NCBI GenBank assembly: GCA_000004985.1
Contig: GG738858.1
Strand: one strand, 5' to 3'
DNA: 64,000 bases
Source: Naegleria gruberi
Lineage: Eukaryota
Shown: piece after piece, positions 45,352 to 56,618 of the stretch
Layout of the letters: every line of letters begins with the position of its first letter
Position numbering within the stretch: position 1 is the first letter of the stretch
The notes under the pieces: generated by a model
What the model was told of the DNA's origin: nothing
The model's input: only the letters and a program-made list of their open reading frames with translations
The model's database searches: none
Program-made: the position numbers and the translations under genes

Positions 45352-47433
45352 TTATTGACTACCAGTCTTGGCAAAATCATTAAAACCACCCAATAAAGAA
45401 TCAGGAATAAATTCATAAGTTGAAATCTTTTCAGCCATTTCAATTAAATCAAAAGCAATATCTTGTGTAATGACACTATCTTTTTGATAATTTTGATGAT
45501 TTCTAATAAATTGTCTAATAAAAGCAGCATTAGTTTGTAATTTACCACTTGCTCTCAAACTAACTAAATTTAAATATCTTTCCAATTTAATTCTATCATT
45601 AACTTCAACATGCATTTGATCAAGATATTTTCTAACAAGAGGAATTAATCCAATAAATTTCTTATCTTGTTCTTGAACACCATTCATAATTTCATTAATT
45701 GTTAATTCCTTTGTACATTTAGAAAAAGTTTCAGATGAAATTTTAGAATTCAAATCAGAATCTAAACAAGTTCTAAATGAAAACTTTTGATTCAATACAG
45801 CATCTCTTAAATGTGCCTTTTTCATATTTTCATCAACTTGTGAAAGTGGCATTAACATGTTCAATTTGAATGATAAAATAGCACGTGTTAATAAAACAAT
45901 AAAAACTGTAAATGCAGCATTTTCAAAATCAGTTAATTGAACTTCCATAACTCTAAATTCAACTCTCCATCCAATTGATGAATTTGGACCTGGAGGTGGT
46001 TTAAATCTAACAGTTTGCCAATTGGTTGATTGTAAATTTTCAAAATGAACAGATTCATTTTCATCATCAACTTGTTTACAATCAGTAAATATAACAAGTG
46101 GATCACGTATAAAGTAATGTGCAATATGTCTTGATAATTGTTCATCAATATTATTTTCACGTAAAGTATTATATGATTGTTCATCAATTTCAATTTCCAA
46201 ATCACTAAATTGTTTTGCTTGTTCATTTTCACCAATATATAAACTAATTGAATCATATCTACTTTTAGAAATTGTATTATTTTCTTCATCTCTTCTATCA
46301 TCAACACTTGCACTAACAATATTCCATCGTACATCTGTATCTGCTAATAATCCACGTGCCATTGGTGTTGCTGCTGTGAGTGCTAACATTATTGGACATA
46401 AAACTGCCATTTGATCATATAAATTACGTGCTTCATGAATATCACGTGCTAATAATGTACTTTGCATACAACAACATCCCATTCCAAATGCCATTGCATC
46501 CATATGAATAAAATGTTCAAAATCTGTTATCAATCTTTGTGCATATGAAGATGAAAGTACTTGTTCCTTCTTTTGTTGAATAATTTCATCAATATTTGGA
46601 TATAAATTTGTTAGAGTTGATGAACTAGTTGTTGAAGAAGATGTAATATTATCCAAATGATGAACTTGTTTACCAATATTAACATTAGTATTTTCATCAA
46701 TATATAATGGTACTAGAATGTTAACATTTTTACCTCTTCTCAATCTGATATTTCTAGTTAGAGTACCAAATCTTGGATGTTCATTTGTAATAATATCTGG
46801 AATGTATGGTGATCTTGCAATTGGTCCATTAAAAGTTAACATTTCATTACTTTCATCATCACTTAATGGTAAAATATCACCAATCTTATTAAATTGACTC
46901 TTATTAATATCACTATTCAATACTTTACTTGTTGCACCTAATAATGGAAATAAAGACATTGTAATAACAGAATTTGTAACATTTGGTGATTTGAATTGTT
47001 GTAAAATCTTTGGAACAATTGATTGTGCAATCATTCTTCTTTTTTGCATTGATTCTTCACATTTCAAATAACAAGAAATACATCCTTCATATGGAAAGAA
47101 AGGTGTACCTTCTAACATAAATCTACCATATTCTGGTTTCCAACTTGCTAATGGTGCTTGTGTTATCAATTTTGAATTAAAATCTTCTTCTTCTTTCATT
47201 AAAACATCTAATACTTGTTTAGCATGTAATGATAAATAAACTTGACGTGATTCGGAATCTTTTTCTAACAATAAATATTCAATTTCATCTCCCCATTTCA
47301 ATTCTTTATCAGTTCTATCTTTTACCTTGTTATAAATTATTATAAATTGTTTAATACCATGTTCTTTTACATAGTCAATTAATGAAAGTGCATCAGTCCA
47401 CTTGAGTGGTGTACCTGCTTTTAATAATCCCAT
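45352..47433 (-). CDS. gclc: Glutamate-cysteine ligase catalytic subunit (gamma-glutamylcysteine synthetase), single exon.
   Basis: The 693-aa ORF reads MGLLKAGTPLKWTDALSLIDYVKEHGIKQF...KWGDEIEYLLL...GCCCMQSTLLARDI...WQTVRFKPPPG...GWRVEFRVMEVQLTDFENAAF and is colinear with human GCLC. Confidence 0.9.
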   Translation of the reverse strand: MGLLKAGTPLKWTDALSLIDYVKEHGIKQFIIIYNKVKDRTDKELKWGDEIEYLLLEKDSESRQVYLSLHAKQVLDVLMKEEEDFNSKLITQAPLASWKPEYGRFMLEGTPFFPYEGCISCYLKCEESMQKRRMIAQSIVPKILQQFKSPNVTNSVITMSLFPLLGATSKVLNSDINKSQFNKIGDILPLSDDESNEMLTFNGPIARSPYIPDIITNEHPRFGTLTRNIRLRRGKNVNILVPLYIDENTNVNIGKQVHHLDNITSSSTTSSSTLTNLYPNIDEIIQQKKEQVLSSSYAQRLITDFEHFIHMDAMAFGMGCCCMQSTLLARDIHEARNLYDQMAVLCPIMLALTAATPMARGLLADTDVRWNIVSASVDDRRDEENNTISKSRYDSISLYIGENEQAKQFSDLEIEIDEQSYNTLRENNIDEQLSRHIAHYFIRDPLVIFTDCKQVDDENESVHFENLQSTNWQTVRFKPPPGPNSSIGWRVEFRVMEVQLTDFENAAFTVFIVLLTRAILSFKLNMLMPLSQVDENMKKAHLRDAVLNQKFSFRTCLDSDLNSKISSETFSKCTKELTINEIMNGVQEQDKKFIGLIPLVRKYLDQMHVEVNDRIKLERYLNLVSLRASGKLQTNAAFIRQFIRNHQNYQKDSVITQDIAFDLIEMAEKISTYEFIPDSLLGGFNDFAKTGSQ

Positions 47434-47909
47434 TTTGATGTAATTGATATATTGTTGTTTGTTGTATTGTTGATAGAATTAGCCTTCTCTCTTTCTTCTT
47501 TAATATATATGAAATAGTATATAATAATAGTATATTATTGTATTTGATGATATTTATCTATTGTGTCTTCTCCTTCTCTATCCTATGATGAATAGTAGTA
47601 AAAAGGCTAGAAATGATGAAGGATAACCAAATCTCTCTCGAGGTTTTTTTTAATGAATGAACGCAGAGAATATTCCAAGCCTTGGAGACGGCTATTATGG
47701 TTAATTGTGGATTATTATCGCAAAATTCTGGCAAAAAATATTTTTTTTTAATTACGGATTTGAATTATGGAAGTATTACATTAGGTATTATGACGTGAAG
47801 AATTTTAATAAAATTATGTGAATTATTACAAATAAAAATTACAGTTTTTATTAGATTATTTATTATTGTTTTATTTTGAAATTAATTAACTGAAAATTAT
47901 TGCCAGTAT

Positions 47910-50597
47910 TTATTGGTAATAATTCATACAGAATGAAAATTGATTGAGAGCAATAAGACCTGGAAATCTGATTACACTGCACACGCTATTAATCTTTGAA
48001 AGAGGAATTACTGAAGTGGCAACTGAGTGAATGAATAGTTTGTACATTAATGATACATAACACAACTCTCCAAGCGTAAAAATTTCATCACAACAAACAA
48101 CATTATCCCCTAATTGAGATATCTTCCCAATAAATCTATCGAATTGAATATACATTCCAACCTTAAGTGATGATTTTCTAGCAACATCAAGTGTTTTACC
48201 AACTAATCGTCTTGTAAATGGATAATCTGCAAATAATGTATTCATTCCAACTTCATGTTGCAACCCTCTAACTTCAAGTAATTTGTTATTACTTCTATCA
48301 TTAAATTGTTTGAATTCAGAATGTTTCAATTCAAAAATCAACGCCCAAAACCATGTAACATCCCCAAAAAGTACACAATCTTCAAAAATGTGCGTTGCCC
48401 AATGATAATTCGGAAATTGGCAATTATCTTTGCCAAAACAATATGTAAAAATGGATTGAAATTTTGTAAATACTTTTTCACAATACACAATATCATCATG
48501 AGTATAATTCCCCCTTAATAACCTTATAAAATATTGTAAGTGAAGAATCCATCCTTGATAGAGTAATCCTTTTTTAGAAGAATCTATTTTCAACTTTTGA
48601 TTATTATTGTAAATTAATTCACAAATAATAGGAGCACTCATAATAATAAAATCTAACATTGAAATACCTGAAAGAGTGTCAATATCCATTCTTAATTCAA
48701 GCTTTTTTCCATTTGGAAGAGTATACTTTGTTGATATTTCAATTAAATCATCCATAGCAGTCGCATATTCTAATGCTTGTACAAGTAATTTGAGATGTTT
48801 TCGAAATAATCCTTGAATTTCTAAATGAAAGAAATCAACTACAGATCTACGATACGGATCTATCATTATTTGAGTAACAAATCTTGATTTGATGAATGTT
48901 TTGACAATTAATTGATTCATCAATTGTTTTCTTTTGTTTGTTGACATTTGCTTACTTTTGAATCTCTCCTCTTCCCAAGTTTGTTCTTTTACACCTTTCC
49001 TTGCAATTCTATTTTGTTTAGAATCTGCAATTTTAGGTAATTCTGATAATTTCTCAACAATATCTTTCATTTCTGAATGTTCTCTCCTTTTAAATGTGTG
49101 TACACATGTTGGATTAAACGCGGATGCACCCATTAAATCTGTTGGTGTTTTGTCAAGGTTGTCTGACGCATCTAAACATCTGGAACATTCATTTTTCATA
49201 AGTGCTAAACATTTCAATCTTTCAGGTGTATCTAATAAAAATCCCATACAGCAAATGAATAGCTTAATATCTTCTCCTGTAGTTGGATGTTTCACTGTAA
49301 TGATTTTACCATCATGATTTTCAAAATCTTGAATAATTGAATCAGTCATTTTCCAAAATCCTTCATTACTCCATGAAAAACCGTTTACACGAATTGCGCT
49401 TAAACTTGACATGAAATCTGAATCAAAATTGTAACTTGTGAAATAGGAGGCGCATGTTGACTTGGTTTTTGTTCTGAATTTAGCAAAATCATCAAAATAT
49501 TCTAAAACTAGAAATGGAAATGCATCTTCAGGGCATTTAGCAAGGTATTCACCAAATATTTTTGAAAAGTAAGGTTGATTTTCTTTCTTTTGTATATTCT
49601 TTTTTTCAAAATATTCTTTTCGTGTTAAGCACATGTGTTTTGTGATTGCTTGATCTTTCAACAACAATTTCAAATTATTCTCAAATGAAATTGCTGCAAA
49701 TCCATCCTCTTGTTTGTATTCAAAATTGATCATTGCTTTTTTCCTTTCGAGTAATGTATCGTAACAAGGAATTTCGTTAAAAGTTGATTCAGGGACCATG
49801 TATTTGAACATATCTCTAAGGAAATCGTACCCACTTTTACACAATTTGAAATGATTAACCAAAATATAACAGTATATTTCTTCTTTTGATTGAAATACAC
49901 CCTTTCCATTCACATCTTTTAAAATTTCACACCCCAAATCATATGGTAGCTCTTTAAAAACAAAATTTCCAATTTTTTCACATTTTACATCCGATTCTTT
50001 GTGAAATATTTCTGAAACTGGAAAATAAAGAGTGTCAATTATTGAAAAGGGAGTTTCAATTGTATTAGCAAATCCGAAAATACTACCTTCAGCTAAAACT
50101 TGTTGTGAGTGAATTCCGTTTTGTTTTAGCTTCTTCTGTTGCGATTCGTATTCAGTCAGCTTTGGTAATCTACTGTCTTTAGATTTTAGCAAATGTGTAC
50201 AATGTGAATTAATAATGTGAGTGTAACAATTTTCACTGTTCATGATAAAATTACAACAATTAAATCTTGATACAGTATCTATCTTTGCAAGAGAACAATT
50301 TCCCTTAGAACATCTATTAAGATGCTTTTTTAATAAATCTCCCTTTGTAAATGTTTGACAACAAAAAGGACAGACCCAGCGTTTTGTTTGACAATCACGA
50401 CATGAAGAACATAAACTTAAATCAAATGAAGATTTTGCACATTCATACACATAGTACTCTTCCTCTTTTTGACATTTATCGCATTTTGTTGCTTTTGTGA
50501 GAAAATCAAGGGATACATTGTTACCAGGTTTTTGTGTAATCATTTTTTTAGCATTGTAAACCATATGAAATTCTACCAAATAGTGGTTATTTTTCAA
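47910..50597 (-). CDS. Transposase of the Tnp2/KDZ family (CACTA/EnSpm superfamily) with an N-terminal Cys-rich zinc-chelating region and a C-terminal DUF4218-like domain; appears intact.
   Basis: This is an 895-aa uninterrupted ORF. N-terminal Cys clusters read CDKCQK...CSSCRDC...CPFCC...H..C. The Tnp2 core motif is IKLFICCMGFLLDTPERLKCLALMKNECSRCL (cf. the LLAC.CD.PA....N.K.FNG.YGC..C pattern). The C-terminal DUF4218-like motif is NYHWATHIFEDCVLFGDVTWFWALIFELKH. The first codon is TTG and the first ATG is 11 codons in. Confidence 0.6.
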   Translation of the reverse strand: MKNNHYLVEFHMVYNAKKMITQKPGNNVSLDFLTKATKCDKCQKEEEYYVYECAKSSFDLSLCSSCRDCQTKRWVCPFCCQTFTKGDLLKKHLNRCSKGNCSLAKIDTVSRFNCCNFIMNSENCYTHIINSHCTHLLKSKDSRLPKLTEYESQQKKLKQNGIHSQQVLAEGSIFGFANTIETPFSIIDTLYFPVSEIFHKESDVKCEKIGNFVFKELPYDLGCEILKDVNGKGVFQSKEEIYCYILVNHFKLCKSGYDFLRDMFKYMVPESTFNEIPCYDTLLERKKAMINFEYKQEDGFAAISFENNLKLLLKDQAITKHMCLTRKEYFEKKNIQKKENQPYFSKIFGEYLAKCPEDAFPFLVLEYFDDFAKFRTKTKSTCASYFTSYNFDSDFMSSLSAIRVNGFSWSNEGFWKMTDSIIQDFENHDGKIITVKHPTTGEDIKLFICCMGFLLDTPERLKCLALMKNECSRCLDASDNLDKTPTDLMGASAFNPTCVHTFKRREHSEMKDIVEKLSELPKIADSKQNRIARKGVKEQTWEEERFKSKQMSTNKRKQLMNQLIVKTFIKSRFVTQIMIDPYRRSVVDFFHLEIQGLFRKHLKLLVQALEYATAMDDLIEISTKYTLPNGKKLELRMDIDTLSGISMLDFIIMSAPIICELIYNNNQKLKIDSSKKGLLYQGWILHLQYFIRLLRGNYTHDDIVYCEKVFTKFQSIFTYCFGKDNCQFPNYHWATHIFEDCVLFGDVTWFWALIFELKHSEFKQFNDRSNNKLLEVRGLQHEVGMNTLFADYPFTRRLVGKTLDVARKSSLKVGMYIQFDRFIGKISQLGDNVVCCDEIFTLGELCYVSLMYKLFIHSVATSVIPLSKINSVCSVIRFPGLIALNQFSFCMNYYQ

Positions 50598-50674
50598 TGT
50601 ATTCCACCAAACACAAAATCATTACGTAATAATTTCGTATTGTAAATTATTAAAAAAAAACCATCCAAAACATA

Positions 50675-51379
50675 ATGTTAAGTACAACAACATCTATTAC
50701 AAATTCCACCGTAACACCTCCCAAAAAACGAAAAAAAGAGGTGGAGAAAAGAAAAACGACAAAGACACACCACCAAAAACTGTCTTATTGTACAAGTCTT
50801 GTTCCTGACAACTTTGTCACCTTGTTGAAACCTTTGCAAGATAGATACTTGGAAATTATTAATGAAACCAACGTTAGCTATTATTCCTTGGTAAGTAATT
50901 AATTGATTTTGTTACAATTTCCAAAGAAACTAAGAGCAGACTCTGACATAGAAATACAACAAGTAGCTGCAACATCATTGGTGGCAGTAACAAATTTTTT
51001 TGCTAACAATGCACAAATTCAAAGTTTAAAAAATAATTGTGAAAAAGATGAAAAACAATTTAATTTAATCGTAAGTTAGATTATAATAGCTAATAGTTTG
51101 TTTAATTTTACTGTTCAGATTGATGAAATAGTGTTGAACTGTTGCCGAGCTTATAAGAGCAACAAGAAGAAGAATTTGAAACGAAAGCAAGTAGAAAAAA
51201 CACGTGATTCTGGTAAGAAATTTGCAGTAGAAGATGAGGCAATAATTTATGAACAAGATGATCAATATAAAGCTTATAGAGATAAATTATCCGAACCAAC
51301 TAAAAACAAAAAAACTAAAATTGATAGTTCTATGGCTGTAGATATGGTTTGTTATCAACTTTTAATTCAAATATTCCAA

Positions 51380-51410
<31 letters not shown>

Positions 51411-51415
51411 TCTAA
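50675..51415 (+). CDS. Transposon ORF2: a K-rich protein of unknown function. Three exons: 50675..50890, 50927..51070 and 51119..51415.
   Basis: The ATG at 50675 encodes MLSTTTSITNSTVTPPKKRKKEVEKRK.... Introns of 36 and 48 nt with GTAAGT donors lie in phase 0. The product ends in a poly-Y tract. Its position and opposite orientation relative to the transposase mirror the two-gene layout of CACTA elements. Confidence 0.4.
51383..51409. repeat. (TAT)n microsatellite of about 9 units at the 3' end of transposon ORF2; other AAT/CAA/GAA trinucleotide runs occur throughout the window.
   Basis: The run tattattattattattattattatt is visible. Similar examples are (AAT)9 at about 55359-55385 and (GAA/GAG)n at about 16683-16760. 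Confidence 0.6.
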
Positions 51416-52658
51416 TTTCCGAATTTAATTAATTTCCAAATTTAATTCCACAATCACGTAAGTTACACTGAAGTTTTCAATTTTTCAATAATTCAATAAT
51501 TCAATATTGAATATTAATTTCCTTAGTTAATTGGTCAACTAATTCTGTTGCCTTTGGAGTCACTTCACAGTCAATTCACTCAATTCCAACACATAACTCT
51601 TTCATCTTCATGTTCATCTGTTGCAACAACAGAAACTACAGTCATTTCCCTTTGTACAGTTCCCATTGTTTCAATATTTGTTAGTTTCTGTGTAATTTGC
51701 TTTACTGTAAATAATCAAATAAATCAAATTCAATTAAAATTAAATATATTTCATAATTTTACAAAATAATTAGGTCAAAAATCTATCGTAAATTCTGTAA
51801 TAATTATTCCAATATATTTACATAATTATTCCATATTAAATTCATAATGTTAATACAATTATTACGTAATTTAATTAATAATTACCTCGTAATAATATCC
51901 GTAATAAATCCAATATTTTTGCCTGGAAATGACAAATCCGGTTGTGAATTGCTGTATAATTATATGATAATTCCGAAGAGATTATGATGTGATTGTGTAT
52001 TTTTTTTGGTTTTTATTACGGGAAAATTACGTCAAAATTATGGTGTATTCTGGTTTGATTATGAGCAAATTATGTTAAAATTAAATTAATGATTATGGCA
52101 AAACCGTCTCCTAGGAGGCATGGCTGGTTACGTGTTGGAATGCTTAAAGGTAGTGGAGTCATTATTAAGTGAGTGCGTACTCACTTAATTGACTGATGAA
52201 ATTGAACGGACGCATGAATATTATTTTGAAGATGATTGTTATTGTAAACTACCTTTCTTTACCGAATGTTATTGAATTGGATGTTTATTAGCAATGAATA
52301 TCAGTTCTCTTTATTAAAAAAGATCATTTCATTATTCGAACTTAATCTCAAAAATGTTCTTTCTTAAGGGAGTAATTATAAAAGTATGCACTTGGCATTT
52401 CATCCGCCAATTTGTACTCATTATCCGTTCAAATGTCTGCGCCACGCTGAAAGTTGTGAATTGGTATTAATTTTTACAATTATGGATTGGCTGATAATCT
52501 CAATTTTACAAAATTGTTACAATTTTATTCAAATTTTACTCAAATTCGCCCAATTTTAAATTGAAAATAAACACTCAATGCAGTTTATGTTAAATTATTC
52601 TCATAATGAATTTTAATTTCTTGTTGAAAAATAAAATTTTTGTTTTTGCTTTAAAAAA

Positions 52659-55600
52659 ATGACCAAGAAGCGTGGTGCCACTTCATCATCAACAACTTCA
52701 GCAGCAGCAACAAGTCAACAATCTGCTACCAACAAGTCTGCTACAGCAACAACAACAACTCAAACATTACCTTCTAAATATGAAGCACTATTCCGTAATC
52801 TTATTAAATTTTATGAAGAAAAACAATATCAAACAGCCTTGTCCTATGCTGATAATATTTTGAGAGATTATCCACAACATGGTGATACAATGGCTATGAA
52901 GGCTTTATTAACAAGATATCTTAAAGAACAAGAAATTAACAAGCGTGTTGAATTTAATACTAATTTTTATTATAATAAGAATTCTACTACAAATTCTAGT
53001 AGTACTACTTCTAACGGTACTAGTAATAGTAATAATAGTATTGGTGATGAATTAATGTTATATGACAAGACATATAAAAAAGATGCTTATAATATGGTTA
53101 AAAAGGCTTTGGAATATGTTAATAACAAGTCATTTATTTGTTGGCATGTTTATGGATTAATGTATAAGGAAGATTTTAAAATTTCTCAAGCAATTACTTG
53201 TTTCCAAAATTCATTAAAATTTAATCCAACTAATGAAATTCAAGCTTGGCGTGAATTGAGTAATGTTCAAATTCATTCAAGAGATTATAAAGGAGCGATT
53301 GAAAGTAGAAGAAAGTTAATTGAATTAAAACCAGGTATTGGTGCATTTTGGTTAGGTTATGCTGTTGCTCAACATTTAAGTGGAAATTTAACAGGCGCTA
53401 TTCAAACTATTGATAAATACATGACAGCACTTTTTGAACAAAGTAATAAGGATAGTAAGAATTACAAATTTGAAAAATCAGAATTATTACTTTATTTAGC
53501 ACAAATGATGTATGAAAATGGTCAATATAAGGAATGTGCTGATTCTTTATTAGCTAATACTAAATTTTTAGCTGATGAACTTTCAACTTTGGAATTACTT
53601 GCTGATTGTTATATTAAATTAAATCAATTAGATCATGCTAAAAAGATTGCTTTACAATTAATTAAGAAGAATTCAGAAGATTATTCTTATTATGGTAAAT
53701 ATCAATTAGCTTGTGGATTTAATACAAGTGAAAATAGATTCCTCCTCGATGATTCTAAATCTAATAATAATCAACAAGAAGAAGTTGCATTGAAATTATT
53801 TGAAATGTATACAACAAGTGAAGATTTGAAGGAATTTAGAGAAAAATCACCAGTTCTTAAAATGATTATTCTTTCTCTCTGTCCACCATATAACAATTCA
53901 AATGATGAAAGATTTAAAAAGGAATTGAATTCATTTGTTGAACCATATTTTACCAAGACTATTCCATCACTTTTTAAAACTTTGAAATCAATTTATCAAA
54001 AACAAACTTGTAAAATTGCACTCATTGAACAAGCCATGTTAGAAAGAATGAATCAAGAAGAATCCAATACTACTTCTAATACTTCTAATACTTCTACTAC
54101 TACTACTAACAAAGATCCAACCATTTTACTTTGGATTTATGTTTATTTATCACAACATTATGATGCCATTCATCAATATGATAAGGCTCTTGAATATGTT
54201 AATAGAGCTATTGAACATACTCCAACTCTTATTGAATTGTACATGCTCAAGGCTAAATTTTACAAACATTTATTTAATACTGAACAAGCTGCTTTATGTA
54301 TGGAACAAGCACGTTTAATGGATTTATCTGATCGTTATTTAAATACTAAAGCAACCAAATATTGGACAAGACATGATGAAATTGTTAAGGCTGATGAAAT
54401 GATTGGTATCTTTGCTAAACATCCAAAAGATCCTGCAACAAAGAAGGAAGAAGAAGCAAAAGAAAAGGAAAAGGCCAAACAACAACAAGAACAACCTCAA
54501 CAAACTCAACAAACTCAAACATCATCTTCATCACAACAAGATCTTGAAAAGAAGGAAGAAGAAGAAAAGGATTCTAATTTAATTCCAATTGAAGATGGTG
54601 CTATTTATCATCGTAATAATGTTCATGATATGCAATGTTTATGGTTTGAAAATGAATGTGGTGATGCTCATTATAGAAAGGGAGAATTATCAATGGCTGT
54701 TCGTAGATATTATTATACAGTTCAACATTTTATGGAAATGTATGAAGATCAATTTGATTTCCATACTTATTCAATTAGAAAGATGACACTTAGATCATAT
54801 ATTGAAATGATGAAATATTATGACAAGTTATATTCACAATATTTCTATTTCCATTCAGTTTGTGGATTATTGAATGTTTATTTATTATTATTAAAACAAA
54901 AAGAAGAAAAGGAAGGAATTACATTTGATTCACCAACTGAATATGGTAATTTTAAGAATGATTACATTTCAAATTTCCAAAATATTGATTTGAGAAAAGA
55001 TGAAGATTTGAATGGATTATATCTTTCTTCTAAAATTAATTTATTTGATGAATGTACTAAATATTTGAAACAATTAGAAGAATATCATTCAAATGAAATT
55101 ATTACACATATTTATGGTGTAACTATTTATTTAAAGAGTAGAAAATATTTACTTGCTAGTAAAGCATTAAAAAAAGCATTGGAATTATCACCATCTGATT
55201 ATAGAGCTCATTTATTGAAATTCCAATATTTAAAAACTATTAATTCTATTGATCAAGCTGATTCACTCTATAAATTATTACAAATGGATTATCAAAAAAT
55301 TACTTTAGGTAAATCATTAAATGATTTAAATGAAGAATGGAAAAATCAATTTATTACCAATAATAATAATAATAATAATAATGGAGGTGATATTCTCAAT
55401 GTATTATCCTATTTATCTGTTAAACATTTAATTAATGATAACAATAATAACAATAATACTGATAATAATGATAATGAATTATTAACAAGTATTGTTGAAA
55501 AATCATCATTACGTTCATGTTATATTGCTCATGCCATGTTAACAAAGAAGAGAATTACAAATAGACCATACAAGAAGGAACAAGATTACAAGATTAATAC

Positions 55601-55688
55601 TCATTTAGATTTTACAATTCAAAATCAAGATTTAATTGTTAATCAATTAGTTCAAAAGATTGAATCTGTTTTTAATATTAAATTGTAA
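52659..55688 (+). CDS. naa15: N-alpha-acetyltransferase 15 (NatA auxiliary subunit, TPR-repeat protein), single exon.
   Basis: The 1009-aa ORF reads YEALFRNLIKFYEEKQYQTALSYADNILRDYPQHGDTMAMKALL...SFICWHVYGLMYKEDFKISQAITCFQNSLKFNP...AWRELSNVQIHSRD...QFDFHTYSIRKMTLRSYIEMMKY and is colinear with human NAA15. Confidence 0.85.
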   Translation: MTKKRGATSSSTTSAAATSQQSATNKSATATTTTQTLPSKYEALFRNLIKFYEEKQYQTALSYADNILRDYPQHGDTMAMKALLTRYLKEQEINKRVEFNTNFYYNKNSTTNSSSTTSNGTSNSNNSIGDELMLYDKTYKKDAYNMVKKALEYVNNKSFICWHVYGLMYKEDFKISQAITCFQNSLKFNPTNEIQAWRELSNVQIHSRDYKGAIESRRKLIELKPGIGAFWLGYAVAQHLSGNLTGAIQTIDKYMTALFEQSNKDSKNYKFEKSELLLYLAQMMYENGQYKECADSLLANTKFLADELSTLELLADCYIKLNQLDHAKKIALQLIKKNSEDYSYYGKYQLACGFNTSENRFLLDDSKSNNNQQEEVALKLFEMYTTSEDLKEFREKSPVLKMIILSLCPPYNNSNDERFKKELNSFVEPYFTKTIPSLFKTLKSIYQKQTCKIALIEQAMLERMNQEESNTTSNTSNTSTTTTNKDPTILLWIYVYLSQHYDAIHQYDKALEYVNRAIEHTPTLIELYMLKAKFYKHLFNTEQAALCMEQARLMDLSDRYLNTKATKYWTRHDEIVKADEMIGIFAKHPKDPATKKEEEAKEKEKAKQQQEQPQQTQQTQTSSSSQQDLEKKEEEEKDSNLIPIEDGAIYHRNNVHDMQCLWFENECGDAHYRKGELSMAVRRYYYTVQHFMEMYEDQFDFHTYSIRKMTLRSYIEMMKYYDKLYSQYFYFHSVCGLLNVYLLLLKQKEEKEGITFDSPTEYGNFKNDYISNFQNIDLRKDEDLNGLYLSSKINLFDECTKYLKQLEEYHSNEIITHIYGVTIYLKSRKYLLASKALKKALELSPSDYRAHLLKFQYLKTINSIDQADSLYKLLQMDYQKITLGKSLNDLNEEWKNQFITNNNNNNNNGGDILNVLSYLSVKHLINDNNNNNNTDNNDNELLTSIVEKSSLRSCYIAHAMLTKKRITNRPYKKEQDYKINTHLDFTIQNQDLIVNQLVQKIESVFNIKL

Positions 55689-55846
55689 TAAATTAATTTT
55701 TATAATAACTCTTTTATTTATGACTACTATAATCTATGACTACTACTAATTTGATATTACAAGTAGTATAAAATTACTATTAATAACAATATTATTTATT
55801 ATTAAATATTAAATTTCAATCAAATTAAATCAAAATATATAAAAAA

Positions 55847-56169
55847 ATGACTTCTTGGTTTGCTACTAAATATGATAACTTTGTAGATACAGTGATTCAA
55901 TCGGATGATATGACATTGGAAGATAAAAAGGCTAAATTTGAAGAAAATGTTGATAAATTTACAACAAGTGTTATTCCTCTCATCGTTAATGCTGTTTCAA
56001 TGATATTATTTACTAAATGTATGTATTATAATGATGATGATAATGATATATTTAAATTGGATAATATTTATGTGATGATATTTGGATGTAATATGATGAT
56101 AATAATAATATAATAATAATAATAATTAATGGATTTTTAGATTTATGGAAGAAATATCCAACACCACAA
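55847..56169 (+). CDS. Small tail-anchored membrane protein of about 69 aa, unknown family. Two exons: 55847..56018 and 56132..56169.
   Basis: The product would read MTSWFATKYDNFVDTVIQSDDMTLEDKKAKFEENVDKFTTSVIPLIVNAVSMILFTK|YLWKKYPTPQAE. A putative 113-nt GTATGT...TTTTAG intron lies in phase 1. The unspliced alternative is the 88-aa ORF 55847..56113. Confidence 0.3.
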
Positions 56170-56618
56170 GCAGAATAAAATTATTTATTAAATATAATAG
56201 AGTAATATTAGTAACATATTATAATAATAGATGATGAAAAGTTAATGAGGAATTTATTCTGAATGAATCATGCTATTGGATGATCACATTTCCTTAGGCC
56301 TTTTTATATTTTCATTATTATTATGCTTTCCATAAGTGCGTACGTATAATCGTATGTATGCATTAATAATATTCTCATCAAATAATGGACTCCATTATTT
56401 CATAAAATCAAGAACTCTTCAGCCATGGAGTACATCATCGGTTGTGTGATTCTGATTCTTTAAAAAAAATAACACTATTATCACAACTAAACTGCTGCTA
56501 TTATAACAACTGTTCATTTATCTATTCCGATCCAAGTGTACATTTTTCATTATCACTATCATTCAATAATAATAACATAATCTGTGTGTTTAAACAATAT
56601 AAAAATATTAATATAAAA

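Larger units (their letters stand above)
47640..52230. mobile_element. Putative autonomous Tnp2/KDZ-family (CACTA/EnSpm-like) DNA transposon of about 4.6 kb. It carries a transposase on the minus strand and a second spliced ORF on the plus strand; the termini are approximate.
   Basis: It contains an 895-aa transposase ORF and an opposite-strand three-exon ORF2. Both ends carry clusters of ATTACGG/ATTATGG/GAACG/ATGAAT sub-terminal motifs in both orientations (47700-47830 and 51840-52110). A short GC-rich inverted repeat, CCTTGGAGACGG at 47680-47691 versus CCGTCTCCTAGG at 52105-52116, is followed by inverted TTGGAAT blocks. Coding GC and codon choice (GGG, GCG, CCG, CGA) differ from the host genes. 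Confidence 0.45.

Noticed and set aside
47680-52116. The 12-bp inverted repeat CCTTGGAGACGG / CCGTCTCCTAGG taken as the exact transposon termini.
   Set aside because: A 12-mer pair within a 5-kb span can arise by chance. The inverted similarity continues only imperfectly (with an indel) outward from it. Exact element ends and the TSD therefore cannot be fixed from this single copy, and boundaries are reported as approximate.
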